Below, piece after piece: positions 1 through 12,742 of a stretch of DNA of 64,000 bases. The first letter of the stretch is position 1. Every line of letters starts with the position of its first letter. Below the pieces are notes generated by a model. The model saw only the letters and a program-made list of their open reading frames with translations, was not told where the DNA came from and searched no databases. The stretch is taken from assembly GCF_963921235.1 (NCBI RefSeq), contig NC_086097.1, positions 205,780,001 through 205,844,000 of the forward strand, given 5' to 3'. The position numbers and the translations under genes were made by a program. The DNA comes from Mobula hypostoma (lineage: Eukaryota).

Positions 1-178
1 AGGAACTCTGCAGGCCAGGCAGCATCTATGGAAAAAAGTACAGTCGATGTTTCGGACTGAAACCCTTTGGCAGGACTCCTACTGTGGGGTCCTGCAGAAG
101 GGTTTCCGCCTGAAAGGCCAACTGTACTTTTTTCCATAGATGCTGCCTGGCTGCTGAGTCCAGCATCTTGTGTGAATT
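1..178. mobile_element. Short fold-back of two inverted Penelope-like termini
   Basis: 1-77 is roughly the reverse complement of 88-165 (CAGGCAGCATCTATGGAAAAAAGTACAGT / ACTGTACTTTTTTCCATAGATGCTGCCTG); same motif ends the GIY-YIG element at 26005. Confidence 0.8.
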
Positions 179-180
179 GT

Positions 181-818
181 CATGTTTGCCTTTACTAGTC
201 GAGGCATTGACTTCAAAAGTCAAGAAGTTATGTTGCAGCTTTATAAAGCTCTAGTTAGGCCACATCTGGAGTATTGCTTACATTTCTGGGCACTCCATTA
301 TTGGAAAAATGCCAAAGCTAAGGAGAGGGTACAGAATGATGCTGCCTGGATTAGAGGGTATGTGTGAAAATGAGAGGTTGGACAAACTTGGGTTGTTTTC
401 TTTAAAATGGCAGATGCTGAAGGGAGATCTGATAGAAGTTTATAAGATTATGAGAGGCATAGATAAGCAAAAAGCATCTTTTTTTTTTCCCCAGGGCTGA
501 AATGTCTGATAGCAGAGGGCATGCATTTAAGGTGGGTGGGGATAAATTTAAAGGAAATGTGAGGGACTCGTTTTTTTTTACGTAGAGTGTGATGGGTGCC
601 TGGTATACGCTGCCTGGGGTGGTGGTTGAGGCAGATACATTAGGTACTTTTAAGAAATGTTCAGATAAGTACATGAATGTGAGGAATGTGAGGGGATATG
701 GACATCGCCTAGGCAGAAGAGTTCAATTTAGTTAGCCATATGATAACTAATATAACTAGTTCAGCACAACATTGTGGGCCAATGGGCCTGTTCCTCTGCT
801 GTTCTGTTCTATGTTCTA
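181..818 (+). mobile_element. CR1 LINE 3' fragment
   Basis: LYKALVRPHLEYC and GDLIEVYKIMRG motifs, frameshifts, (TGTTCTA)n-like tail. Confidence 0.92.
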
Positions 819-1261
819 TCTTCCATTAATACACTGTCCTGTCACTGTTATTGGCTTAATGTAGAGTTTACATTGAGCTCCTTTTATGTGTCTTGCACTG
901 GGAAAAAAACTGTGCATTCTCCAGGCAAGAAATGGAAGGGAAATGTGCAAATAGCTGTGATTTCTCCTCGCTATCACAAAATTTTAATAGGTCACTACCA
1001 CTCTAAACCCTCTTTCTGGAAATTGTGAATTCAAATTATTTTAGGATCACATTTTTATTTTAGAATCTGTCTGTCTGCTAACAGTTGCCTTTGCTTATCC
1101 AAACATTGCTCCAAATCCACCTTATCAATGTAAATACACTAAATATTTTTGGTTTCTTGCTCTTGAATAACCTACGACCCATACAAAATACTGGTCTATC
1201 TGAAATAAAATTTTCTTTGAAGTTTTGTGAAATTAATAAGTAGGATGCATTCTACAATGTA

Positions 1262-1464
1262 TGAACTCACTTTCAAGTCCACTACTACTAATATTTTCAG
1301 TATTATTTATTTATTTTTTTGCACATTTTCCCTTTCTTTGGACATTAGTTGTTTGTAGTTTTTCACTGACTCTATTGTATGTGAATACCTACAAGCAAAT
1401 GAATCTCAAGGTAGAACATGATGACACATATGTACTTTGATAATAAATTTACTTTGAACTTTGA
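1262..1464 (+). mobile_element. LINE 3' UTR/tail fragment (Rex1/Babar-like)
   Basis: Ends AATAAATTTACTTTGAACTTTGA; similar to 20775-21158 and 59413-59740. Confidence 0.6.
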
Positions 1465-2191
1465 CCTATGAGTTTCTTAATGAGTTTACCAAAGTCCATA
1501 TTACGATGTAATATAACCCATATGGCAGAGAAGGAAGATTAGGTAGACCTCACATCGACTTTAACATCTGAATCATGAAGACTTGGATAGTTCTGTTCAT
1601 ATGTCTCTGCATCTGAAATAGGCTCAGATTCTGAAAGTTAACTGTGTTTTTCTTTCCTTATATGGTATCTGACCTGCTGAGTGTTTCCTGCAGTTTCTAT
1701 TTTTATTTCAGATTTCCAGTATCTGCATTTTTTAAAATTTTCATTTACTGCTCATTTTTACAGCTGGAATTCCAAGGTGCACAGCATGCCCGGGGCTAAA
1801 TACAACCACAGCCATATTTTTTTTCTCCTCCAATTACATTTAGGCATGCCAAATTCCTGCCTGAATTTTGGGGCAAGCCTGCCAGTCTTCTTTAATAGGA
1901 AAGGGCTATTTTTGGACTTGATCTGTACTTTCAAAAAACTTTCAGAATTCAGAAAGATTTCAAGTTTAGATATTGTACCTGGTAACACATCCCAAAAATA
2001 CATGCTCTCTGCTCCCCCTCCCCCATCCCCCATTCCCCACGTGTAGAACTCATTTGCTATTGGCTTTTCTACATAAAATTGCATTGCACTGTGAACTGTC
2101 ATGATGCTCTTGGATTTTTTCAGTGCCATATGTCAGTAGTTTACAAGCCAAGATGACAGCTGGTCAATAAAAATATACAAATTACTCCCAA

Positions 2192-2328
2192 GGACAGAAG
2201 AGATTCTGCAGATGCTAGAAATCTTCAGCAATGCTGAAGGCCTTTGCCCGAACCTTTGTCTGTTTATTTCCCTCCATGGATGCCACCTGACCTGCTGAGT
2301 TCCTCGGGCAGTTTGTGTGTGTTACTCC
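2192..2328. mobile_element. Penelope-like terminal fragment
   Basis: TTCTGCAGATGCTAGAAATC followed by ...CCTGACCTGCTGAGTTCCTC...TTTGTGTGTGTT. Confidence 0.7.
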
Positions 2329-4839
2329 TAAGGCTCGCGTTCCTCCCAGCAATTGTAAAGAGAATAGGAAATAACTAAAACCATAAGAATACCTTTAAAA
2401 ATGCTCTGGTGTCTGAATGGGAGATGAATACCTTGTAGTGAGCACCTTGTTCCATCTTGTAAATTGTGTTACTATTCATGCTTTGCAACCTTCCAGCCAG
2501 GGATGTGATCATGATAGCTATCCTTGGGAATACTAGCGAGCCCAGTGATGACACTATTGATGCCATGAATACCCTGCTTGAAGAGCAGGTACAGCTGTAC
2601 AGGCATCATCTGGAGACAGAATTATTTGTAGACATTCACTAATGAAGCAAGTTATGTTCTTCGTCCCTTACACCAACATTGTGCCTTGCATTAGCTCCCC
2701 ATTACATTCTAATTCCAAACCTTCACAATGTTGTGACCCATTTGTTTTTGTATGTTTGCATGAACATCACTTGCCTTTATGCCTACACAGGACTAGTATG
2801 TTCACAGAAACTTTTCTATGTAGCATCCCCTGCAAAGTATGATGAGCTTCTTGCATTGGTTACCAACTTCTCAAATCCGAGATATATGCAGGGCAGGCTG
2901 GCATTTATTCAAAAGTAATTGGCTGTATTTTGAAGGTTGTTTTGGGATATTCAGCTCTAGCCAGGACCAGCAGTCTCCATACAATTATATCAGTTTCTCC
3001 ACTCCAACTGGGACAGGATTCTGTGTACATCCGACAATGTGATAACAAAACTCACAGAATCTGAAAAATCTTTACACCTTTGGGAAAAATTTAATTGGAT
3101 ATCACTTTATTCCTCTGAGATGTTTCCCTCAAGATATGCAATTCAGTTAACATTGACCTCATTAAATGTTCACGGACCTCTAGCTATCCAGTCAAAGCTC
3201 ACACATTGAAGCATTTTGTATGTTCTGATTTTCTGATCCTGCATAAGCTGAATTCTCTGCGCACATTTTGTGGGAATATCTGACTCTGACTGGCAGATAG
3301 ACCTTGACCAATAATAATAACTTCCCCAATTTCAATTGACATAAATCCCACACTACAACCAAGGTTAGTAAGTATCTGGGACTAAAAATTTATGGTGTCT
3401 GTGTGAAATCACAAAAACTCACAAAACTAGTCATTTAGTAAAGGCTGTTCTACTTGAGCTTTTGGTCTTAGATTGTTATTCAGTACTACTGCAGCTGTGC
3501 TAAAAATATCTGCTATTGTCTTTGTGCCATGTTCACAGTGAACATGAACATAGTTGCTGTCTAAAGGTAAAACAAATAAGTTAAGGTTTTATTTGGCAAA
3601 TACAATTCAACTAATTTGTTCACCAAAACCTGAAGAGTTACTGCCTTCCAAGGTAATGTTGTGTGGAATTTTAAACTGAATACTAAATGACCATGATGGC
3701 ATTCTATCGGTATGAAAAGAGAAAAATAAGTTACACAACAGTGCGACAGATAGGGATTTTGTTCTAGTTACAAAGGGCTTCTGAGAAACATTTGTGGGGA
3801 AAGAGAAAGGTGACTAAATTTTGTAAGATATTGTTTAAGTATAGATTTTAAAAAATTGATTCTATTTTCCACAAGGGATATTCTCAGATCGGGAAGGAAA
3901 TGTTTCGGATATTTATTTTAATATCAAAGAATTTACAGGGCTTTTTTAAGCATCATGAGATCTCTACTAGTAAAGTCACTACTTTCATGACCAGGAATAA
4001 ACCTTCTGTGGTTTGAAAGAACTGAAAAATGCAATTAATTTATATGGGGCATATATAACTGACTTGGTATTTCTTTATCTTTAGAATGAAATGATGCCTC
4101 AAATAAAGAATCACATTGGAGAGAACCTTAAAAGAAATGTTATTTAAATGACCACAGAATATTAATGATAGTTCGTTACATTGTCTTTCTGATCTCTCTT
4201 TTGCTAACTGCTCATACCCGAGCAAAGAAAGTATTTTGTGCAAGATTCTCCATATAATAATGTTGAGGAATTTCTACCCAGTGGCATCCTTGTGGACAAA
4301 TGATTGCTGACAGCTCAATCAGATTAAATTGTTATATGCAAGACAACAATGTCACAGTGAAAGACAATTTTGATTAATTGCATACAATATGCAGATTGAA
4401 GCAGCTATGCCCAAAACGTAGTGCAACACTACTATTTTCCCCAAGTTAATGGGGTATGGAAGGTGGAAGAGTAATGGGTATATTGACCTTATTAACTGTT
4501 CAAGTGCCATTGAATATGCACACTGTAACAACAGTAGGGTTTCTGAGCATATGGAATCAATGACAATGAGAGTAATACATTTGGAAGATATGCATTTGCG
4601 GAAGGATTCAAAAGAGATAAGAACCAAAGAACCAGAAATTGGCTATTTGGCTCCTTGAGCTTGCTTCGCCAATCATTAAAATCATGAATTAACTCATCTT
4701 TTTTTTCTGCACTAACTACATAAACTTTAATTCCCATAATATCAAACAAAATATTGATTTCTGTCTAGAATTTTCTCAACAACTGTGCCTCAGCTGACTT
4801 ATGACTTCAAAGGATTTGCTGCAGTCTGGGTATAGGAGC

Positions 4840-5400
4840 AGTCTGCTTAATTCACTTTTAAGGTCAGGTCCCCATCACAGGAATCAATCTGGTGAACCTT
4901 TACTGTACTTTACTGTAAATGTATTCTTTGTTGGGTGGAGAGACAAGACCTATACACATTATTCCAGGTACAGCCCTGTTAGGGCCCTTTATAATTAAGT
5001 TGTGGCATTTTTACTCCTGTTATCAGATACTCTTGGAATAAAAACCAGAATAGATTTAGACATCCTAATTCCTTATGGTATTTGCATTTCAATTTTCAGT
5101 GATTCACGGGTAAGGAACCAGTTCTGCCAGTATTCAGCCAGTTTTGCTTGGTATCAATAGTTTCCAACCACTTTACTAACCGAGCTTTTTCTTCTAAAGT
5201 AGAAATACTTCAGATTTTTCAATTTATTTTCCATCTGCTATGTCTTCGCCCATTCACTTAGCCTGTTTACACTCTATGAACTTGCTCTGGATTTTCCTAA
5301 AAATTAACACTGTCCCCCAGCTTTCTACCATTAGCTTGGTTGGATACTTTGCATTTGATCTGTTCAACAAAATCATTTGTATACATGATTTTGTATACAA
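4840..5400 (-). mobile_element. Old, degenerate CR1 fragment
   Basis: Reverse complement resembles decayed CR1 RT C-terminal motifs (AGGTTCACCAGATTGATTCCTG). Confidence 0.6.
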
Positions 5401-5439
5401 GCCCATACTGTAAAAGGGCTGGATGGTCTGGAGTTTGTA

Positions 5440-7836
5440 AAATGTGTGCAGGATAGTTTTTTTGCAACAATACATAGAGGTACCAAGTAGAGAAGAGGCA
5501 GTTTTGGATCTCCTGCTAGGGAATGAGATCGGTCAGGTGACTGAGGTTTGTGTTGGGGAGCACTTCACGTCCAGTGATCACAGTGCTATTAGTTTCCTTA
5601 TAATTATGTAGAAGGATAGGTCTAGACCCAGGGTTGAGACTTTTGATTGGAGAAAGCCTAACTTTGAGGAGATGTGAAAGGATTTAGGAGGAGTGGATTG
5701 GGACAACCTGTTTTATGGGAAGAATGTAATAGAGAAATGAAGGTCATTTAAGGGTGAAATTTTAAGGGTACAGAATCATTATGTTCCTGTTAGGTTGAAA
5801 AAAAGGTTAGAAGTTTGAGAGAGACATGGTTTTCAAGGGATATTGGAAACTTGGTTCGAAAAAAGAGAGATAGCTACAATAAATATAGGCCGCATGGAGT
5901 AAATGAGGTGCTTGAGGAATATAAAGAATGTAAAAAGAATCTTAAGAAAGAAATTAGAAAAGTTAAATGAAGATATGAGGTTGCTTTGGCAAGCAAGGTG
6001 AAAATAAATCCCAAGGGTTTCTACAGTTATATTAATAGCAAAAGCATAGTGAGGGATAAAATTGGTCCCTTAGAGAATCAGAGTGGACAGCTATGTGTGG
6101 AACCAAAAGAGATGGGGGAGATTCTGAACAATTTCTTTTTTTCAGTATTCACTAAGGAGAAGGATATTGAATTGTGTAAGATAAGGAAAACAGGTAGGGA
6201 AGTTATGGAAACTATTATGATCGAAGAAGAGGAAGTACTGGTGCTTTTAAGGAATATAAAAGTGGATAAGTCTCCGGGTCCTGACAGGATATTCCCTAGG
6301 AACTTGAGGGAAGTTAGTTTGGAAATAGCAGGGGCTCTGACAGAAATATTTCAAATGTCATTAGAAATGGGGACAGTGCCGGAGGATTGGCGTATTGCTC
6401 ATGTTGTTCCATTGTTTAAAAAGGGTTCTAAGAGTAAACCTAGCAATTATTGGCCTGTGAGTTTGACATCAGTGGTGGGTAAATTGATGGAAAGTATTCT
6501 TAGAGATAGTATATATAATTAACTAGATAGACAGGGCCTTATTAGGAACAGTCAACATGGATTTGTATGTGGAAGGTCATGTTTGACAAATCTTATTGAA
6601 TTTTTTTAAGAGGTTACTAGGAAAGTTGACGAGGGTAAAGCGGTGGATGTTGTCTATATGGACTTCAGTAAGGCCTTTGACAAGGTTCCACATGGAAGGT
6701 TAGTTAGGAAGGTTCAATCGTTAGGTATTAATATTGAAGTAGTAAAATGGATACAACAGTGGCTGGATGGGAGACACCAAAGAGTAGTGGTGGATAACTG
6801 TTTGTCAGATTGGAGGCCGGTGACTAGTGGTGTGCCTCAGGGATCTGTACTGGGTCCAATGTTGTTTGTCATATACAAATGTTTGTACATTAATGATCTG
6901 AATGATGGGGTGGTAAATTGGATGAGTAAGTATGCAGATGATACTAAGAAGGTGGAGTTGTGGATAATGAAGTAGGTTTTCAAAGCTTGCAGAGAGATTT
7001 AGGCCAGTTAGAAGAGTGGGCTGAAAGATGGCAGATGGAGTTAATGCTGATAAATGTGAGGTGCTTCATTTTGGTAGGACTAATCAAAACAGGACATACA
7101 TGGTAAATGGTAGGGTATTGAAGAATGCAGTAGAACAGAGGGATCTAGGAATAATGGTGCTTAGTTACCTGAAGGTGGAATCTCATGTGGATAGGGTGAT
7201 GAAGAAAGCTTTTGGTATGCTGGCCTTTATAAATCAGAGCATTGAACATAGGAGATGGGTTGTAATGTTGAAAGTGTACAAGGCACTGGTAAGGCCAAAT
7301 TTGGAGTATTGTGTGCAGTTTTGGTCATCGAATTATAGGAAGGATGTCAACAAAATAGAGAGAGTACAAAGAAGATTTACGAGAATGTTACCTGGGCTTC
7401 ATCACCTAAGTTACAGAGAAAGGTTGAACAAGTTGGGTCTTTATTCTTTGGAACGTAGAAGGTTGAGGGGGGACTTGATAGAGTATTTAAAATTATGAGG
7501 GGGTAGATAGAGTTGACGTGGATAGGCTTTTTCCATTGGGGGGAGGAGATTCAAACAAGAGGACATGAGTTGAGAGTTAAAGGGCCAAAATTTAGGGGTA
7601 ACATGAGGGGGAACTTCTTTACTCAGAGAGTGGTAGCTGTGTGGAATGAGCTTCCAGTAGAAGTGGTTGAGGCAGGTTCGATGTTGTCATTTAAAGTTAA
7701 ATTGGATAGATATATGGACAGGAAAGGAATGGAGGGGTATGGGCTGAGTGCAGGTTGGTGGGACTAGGTGAGAGTAAGAGTTTGGCATGGACTAGAAGGG
7801 CCGAGATGGCCTGTTTCTGTGCTACAATTGTTATAT
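5440..7836 (+). mobile_element. CR1 LINE, 5'-truncated ORF2 (end of endonuclease plus RT), disrupted
   Basis: ORFs 5986..6522, 6643..6975 ([25 protein letters not shown]), 7028..7498 and 7513..7767; stops and frameshifts; tail resumes at 8355-8379. Confidence 0.97.
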
Positions 7837-8354
7837 TTGAGGAAGGACATTCTTGCTATTGAGGGAGTGCAGCGTAGGTTCACAAGGTTAATTCCCGGGA
7901 TGGCGGGACTTTCATATGTCGAAGGATTGGAGCAACGGAGCTTGTATACTCTGGAATTTAGAAGACTGAGAGGGGATCTTATTGATACATATAAGATTAT
8001 TAAGGGATTGGACACGCTACAGGCAGGGAGCATGTTCCCGCTGATGGTTGAGTCCAGAACCAGAGGCCACAGTTTAAGAATTAGGGGTAAGCCATTTAGA
8101 ACGGAGTTGAGGAAAAACTTTTTCACCCAGGGAGTGGTGGATATATGGAATGCTCTGCCCCAGAAGGCTGTGGAGGCCAAGTCTCTGGATGCTTTCAAAA
8201 AAGAGATAGATAGAGCTCTTAAAGATAGTGGAATAAAAGGTTATGGGGATAAGGCAGGAATTGGATACTGATAATGGATGATCAGCCATGATCACAGTGA
8301 ATGGCAGTGCTGGCTCGAAGGACCAAATGGCCTACTCCTGCACCTATTGTCTAT
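7837..8354 (+). mobile_element. Second CR1 3' fragment inserted in the tail of the preceding CR1
   Basis: LRKDILAIEGVQRRFTRLIPGM...NFFTQGVVDIWNALP; different 3' UTR. Confidence 0.92.
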
Positions 8355-8459
8355 ATGGCTATATGTTATATGGTTACATCTGGAGTCCAGAACCCAGTGG
8401 TCACATCGCAAAACTGACCAATTTACTTCTACTCTCTCTGCTCCTTCTGTTGACATCAG

Positions 8460-9080
8460 GCAGGGGAAGTCAAGTCCTCACTGAGCGGTCACTGGTGGAA
8501 AGGGTGAGCAGCTCATGTTGCTGAACAGAAACATCATTCAGGTTCTAACCTGGGCCCAACACATCCACACACAGAGACATGTCAGCAGCTCTACTTTGTT
8601 CAGATTCTGAAGAAATTTGGTGTGTCACCAAATACTCTTACAAGTTTCTATAGATGTATGGTGGAGAGCATACTGGATTGTTGCATCGTAGGCTAGTAAT
8701 ATCTCCAGTGATCAGGACTGCAGGATGCTATAGAAGGTTGTAGACTCAAGCCAGCTCCATCATGGACACAACAATCCCCACCAGAAGGATATCTTCAGGA
8801 GGCAGTGCCTGAAGAAGGCTGCATCCATCACTGAGGACCCTCATTCGTTACTACCATCAGGGAGGAGGTATAGGAATCTGAAAACATGGACTCAAAGTTT
8901 CAGAAGCAGCATCCTCCTCTTCACCACCTGATTTCTGAGTGGTCCATGAGCACAACCTTGTTATTCTTTTTGCATTTATTTTTGTAATATATAGTAATTT
9001 TATGTCTTTGCATTGCACTGCTGCTGCAAAGCAGCACATTTCACATCATTATGTCAGTGATAAGGAATCTGATTCTGATC
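8460..9080 (+). mobile_element. Rex1/Babar-like LINE 3' fragment, decayed
   Basis: VERVSS motif, TWAQHI-like segment, (GATTCT)n tail. Confidence 0.75.
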
Positions 9081-9599
9081 CGATCCACAATCCACACCAG
9101 TGTATTAATCCCAATATTATTCCTTCTGATCTTGTTTGCTTATCTCTTCAAAATAACTAGTTTATCCTTATCTATTAGCTGATTAGATCCGCAAAAATGC
9201 TAGTAGATCTGCAAAGCAAGTTTCTCTTTCTTAAATCTATATAGACGCTGACAAATCTTCGTATGTTGTGATTGGCTTCTAATATTTCTCCAGTTGCCTT
9301 GGATTATTTTCAGCCATGTAATGTTTTTAGTTAATCCTTATTGACTTTAGAATTGATAGGATTATTTAATGGAATAATCAGTTCAATGAAGTTTTAACAG
9401 AAACTTGGAGAATAACACTTCATCATTAGATCAGACATTTTCCGGTCTCCTGGGCTGAAAGGTGAATTCTAAAAAATATAGGGACAAACAGAGTGATAGT
9501 TCTGTTTAGTATCAATTTTACCAACATCTGTTTACTAATGCTCAGTTCTAATTTAACAGAAACACCTTGTTAAAATTTTCTTATTTGGCCTAATTGTCC

Positions 9600-9952
9600 A
9601 TGTGGGGCATAGACAGGTTGAATGCACTTAGCATTTTTTTCACAGGGTTGGGGACTCAAGAACCAGAGAACATAGGTTAGATGTTTGAGGGAAAAGATCA
9701 AATAGGAAATAGAGAGGCAACTTCGTTTTTACACAAAGGGAAGCATGCATGTGGAATGAGCTGCCAGAGAAAGTGTTTGAAGCAGATACAATAACAACTT
9801 TGAAGAGAAAGTTGGACAGATACATGGATGGAAACCTTTAGAATATTATGAGCCAAATGCGGGAAAATAGAACAAGCTTGGATGGGACATTTTGGTCGGA
9901 ATTGACCAGATGGGCTGAGGGATCTGTTTCCATGTGTACAACTCTGTGACCC
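9600..9952 (+). mobile_element. CR1 3' fragment
   Basis: WNELPEKVFEADTITTLKRKLDRYM-like end of ORF2 plus UTR. Confidence 0.85.
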
Positions 9953-10834
9953 TGAAATTACCGTTCACCTTTCTTTTGTATTGTTATTGCTTTCACTATC
10001 TAATGATTCTTGGTGTCTATCCTATCATACATCTTCTCTTTTGTTTTATTTTCTGCTATGATCTGAGGTTTTAACACTTCCTCAGGTACTGCCTAATGTG
10101 TTGGGTATGCTTTACTTTTATTTCAGGCGCTCACTGTTGTTTTATCTCACTTTTTTTTTGAGACTGAGGCTTTGTGTTTTAGTCTAGATGAAAACCACAC
10201 TGAGTTCTGGTGTGAAACCTGAACTGAGCTGGTCAGAGTGAATAGGAGTTAGTGAAGGCCAGAATAATTACTCACTTCATTGCTTTGCTGATGTTTGGGA
10301 GGTGGGCGATTCACAGTGACTGACCTAGCTTGATTTTCTTTTCTCTATTCTTTTATGGATTGGGCATTGTTAATTGAATTTCCATCTTTCCAGTTTGGTG
10401 CAAGTCCCATAGCTCTGCTGAGCAGCTAATCGCAGATTCAGGTCTGCATTGCAGCTGATCTATTTTCATGGACTGGTATTAAACTTGTTCAATGCTATCA
10501 ACTACCCATTCTGCCTTTGATCAAATGTTTTAAAGCTTATTAAGTAACAGAGTAACAGATGACTGAAACACCAGCTAATAAACTGGAGCTTTCTTTCAAA
10601 ATATATGGAATAGATGTTGTCTATTGTTGATTACCATTGGCAAAGTTAACATGAATTCTTCTTGTGCCTGGGTGGTGGAACAAAAGGTTTTTTTCTTATA
10701 TCAGTGATTCAGTACAAATGAGAAATGCTGTAATATTTTATTCGATAATTTGATGACACTGGTAGAACACATTCTTCCCTCAACGTCTCTAGAATGAAAC
10801 TCGAGACTATCGTATGTCAACATTCTGCATTAAA

Positions 10835-11082
10835 CATAGAACAGTACAGGCCGTTTGGCCCACAGTGTTGTGCCAACGTTTTAACCAACTGCAAGATCAA
10901 TCTAACTCTCTCTTCCCACATGGTTCTCCATTTTTCTTTTATCCATATGCTTGTCCAAGTGTCTCCCTAGTGCTGCTGCCTCTAACACTACCCTTGGCAC
11001 TGCATTCCACACACTTACTACTCCCCCATACTTCGACATCCCTTCCCCACTTTTCTCTAATCACCTTAAAATTATGCCCTCT
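10835..11082 (-). mobile_element. CR1 3' end, decayed
   Basis: AACATAGAACAGTACAGGCCG tail in reverse orientation; GCATTCCACACACTTAC. Confidence 0.7.
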
Positions 11083-11353
11083 CCATTGGTTCTGCTATGT
11101 TCCCATACCCAACATGAACAAGTTATAAAATTACATAGCATCAGTTAAGAAAAATCACAAAAACGTTCAGCTATTCATCAATTTTCTTTGAAATGACATC
11201 TTTTGCCTCAACTGTATTCACAAAATTAATCTCCCCATTTCGTTTCTCTACTTGGTGCTCTGGTAACACAGTGGAGACTGCAAATATTGCGATCCCTTTA
11301 TCTGCACAGATATTGCCTCATCTGCTGAGTTCCTCCAGCTGTTTGTTTCTGGA

Positions 11354-11491
11354 TTCTGAGGAGTATGGATAGAACAAGCCACAGGCAAAAATCAGCTTAA
11401 AAAGTCTTTAACAGCTGGTCAGTCCTGCTGTTAAAGATTTTATAGCTGATTTTTTTTTAGTTATGGCTTGTTCCATCCAAACTCCCCAGAA
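11354..11491. repeat. Imperfect inverted repeat, arms about 62 bp, 11-nt loop
   Basis: TTCTGAGGAGTATGGATAGAACAAGCCA...TCTTTAACAGC pairs with GCTGTTAAAGA...TGGCTTGTTCCATCCAAACTCCCCAGAA. Confidence 0.85.
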
Positions 11492-11741
11492 CATCATTTA
11501 GATAAGAGTAATTTTGTGAAAATTACTGTAGTTGAGGGAAAGGATATGAGATTTCAAAGAGAATTGAATTAATATCTGAACTTTTTTGTGTATTTGCTTA
11601 TCAGCTGCTGAGGTGTTGGTTTAAAAATGACTTTATATTCCACTTGGGTATCCTATAACTCAGTGGTATAAACACTGAATTTTCCAGTTTTAGAGTTTCA
11701 GATAACACACACCCTATGTGAGTTTCCATCCCCATTCCATG

Positions 11742-12742
11742 CAACACCCAAAAAATGCTGGAGGAACTCAGCAGGTCAGGCAGCATTTATGGAAATGAAT
11801 AGACAATCAACATTTCAGGCTGAGACCTTCTTCAGGACTAGAAAGGAAGGGGGAAATGCCAGAATAAAAAAGGTAGGAGGAGGGAAAGGAGGATTAGCTA
11901 GATGGTGATGGCTGAAGCCAGGTGGGTGGGGAAGTTAAATGGCTACAGTAGAAGGAATCTGATAGGAGAGCAGAATGGGCCATGGGAGAATGAGAAGAAG
12001 TGGCAAGAGGATGGAATGGGAATAGAAGGAGAGGGAAGGAGGACGGGACCAAAAGTAATCGATGTTCATACCATTAGGTTGGAGGTTACTTTAGACGGAA
12101 TATGAGGTGTTGCTCCTTCATCTTAAGAGTGGCCTCATTGTGGCAAAAGAGGAGGCCATGGAGCAACATGTCGGATTGGGGATAGGAATTAAAATGGTTG
12201 GCCACTGGTGGACAAAGTGGTCCCCCTATTTACGTTGGGTCTCACCAATCTAGAGAGGCCACATTGAGAGCACCGGATACAATAGACAACCGCCACAGAT
12301 TCACAGGTGAAGTGTTGCCTCACCTGGAAGGAATATTTGGGGTTCTGAATGGAGGTAAAGAAGGAAGTAAATGGACAGGTTTAGCATTTCTGTCACTTGG
12401 AAACACGTTCCTTTTGGTCCATTCTCTGTTTCTTTGTCTACCTTTTCCATTCCTCCACCATTTCTTAGACTTGGTATGCTCACCCACCTGGTCCCAATTT
12501 CCCATCTCACACACACACACCTACAGACCTCAGTTTCTTTCTTCGCATCTTTGGCCCACTCTTCTGCCCAATGTCTCCCATTTCACCTCCTAGTCCATGC
12601 CTCTCCCCTCCCTCTCAGCATTTTATATTGGCAATCTTTCCTCTGTACTCTAAGAACTGATGTAGGGTCACCTTAAATATCAACTGTTAACTTTTTCTCC
12701 ACAGATGATGTTTGATGCACTAAGTTCTTCCAGCAGATCATT
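11742..12742 (-). mobile_element. Penelope-like element fragment with an inverted second terminus
   Basis: Terminus at 11742-11840; decayed GIY-YIG region at 12050-12390 (FQVRQHFTCES-like); decayed plus-strand terminus at 12600-12742. Confidence 0.85.
11804..11840 (-). ncRNA. Minimal type I hammerhead ribozyme motif, core intact
   Basis: Minus strand reads UAGUC-CUGAAGA-AGG(ucucag)CCU-GAAA-UGUU-GAUUG. Confidence 0.65.

Noticed and set aside
7768..8271. 167-aa ORF as a gene
   Set aside because: Chimera of one CR1 3' UTR and another CR1 ORF2 end.
10276..10324. Possible minus-strand micro-exon (AG...GTGAGT)
   Set aside because: Poor polypyrimidine tract and no peroxidasin similarity.
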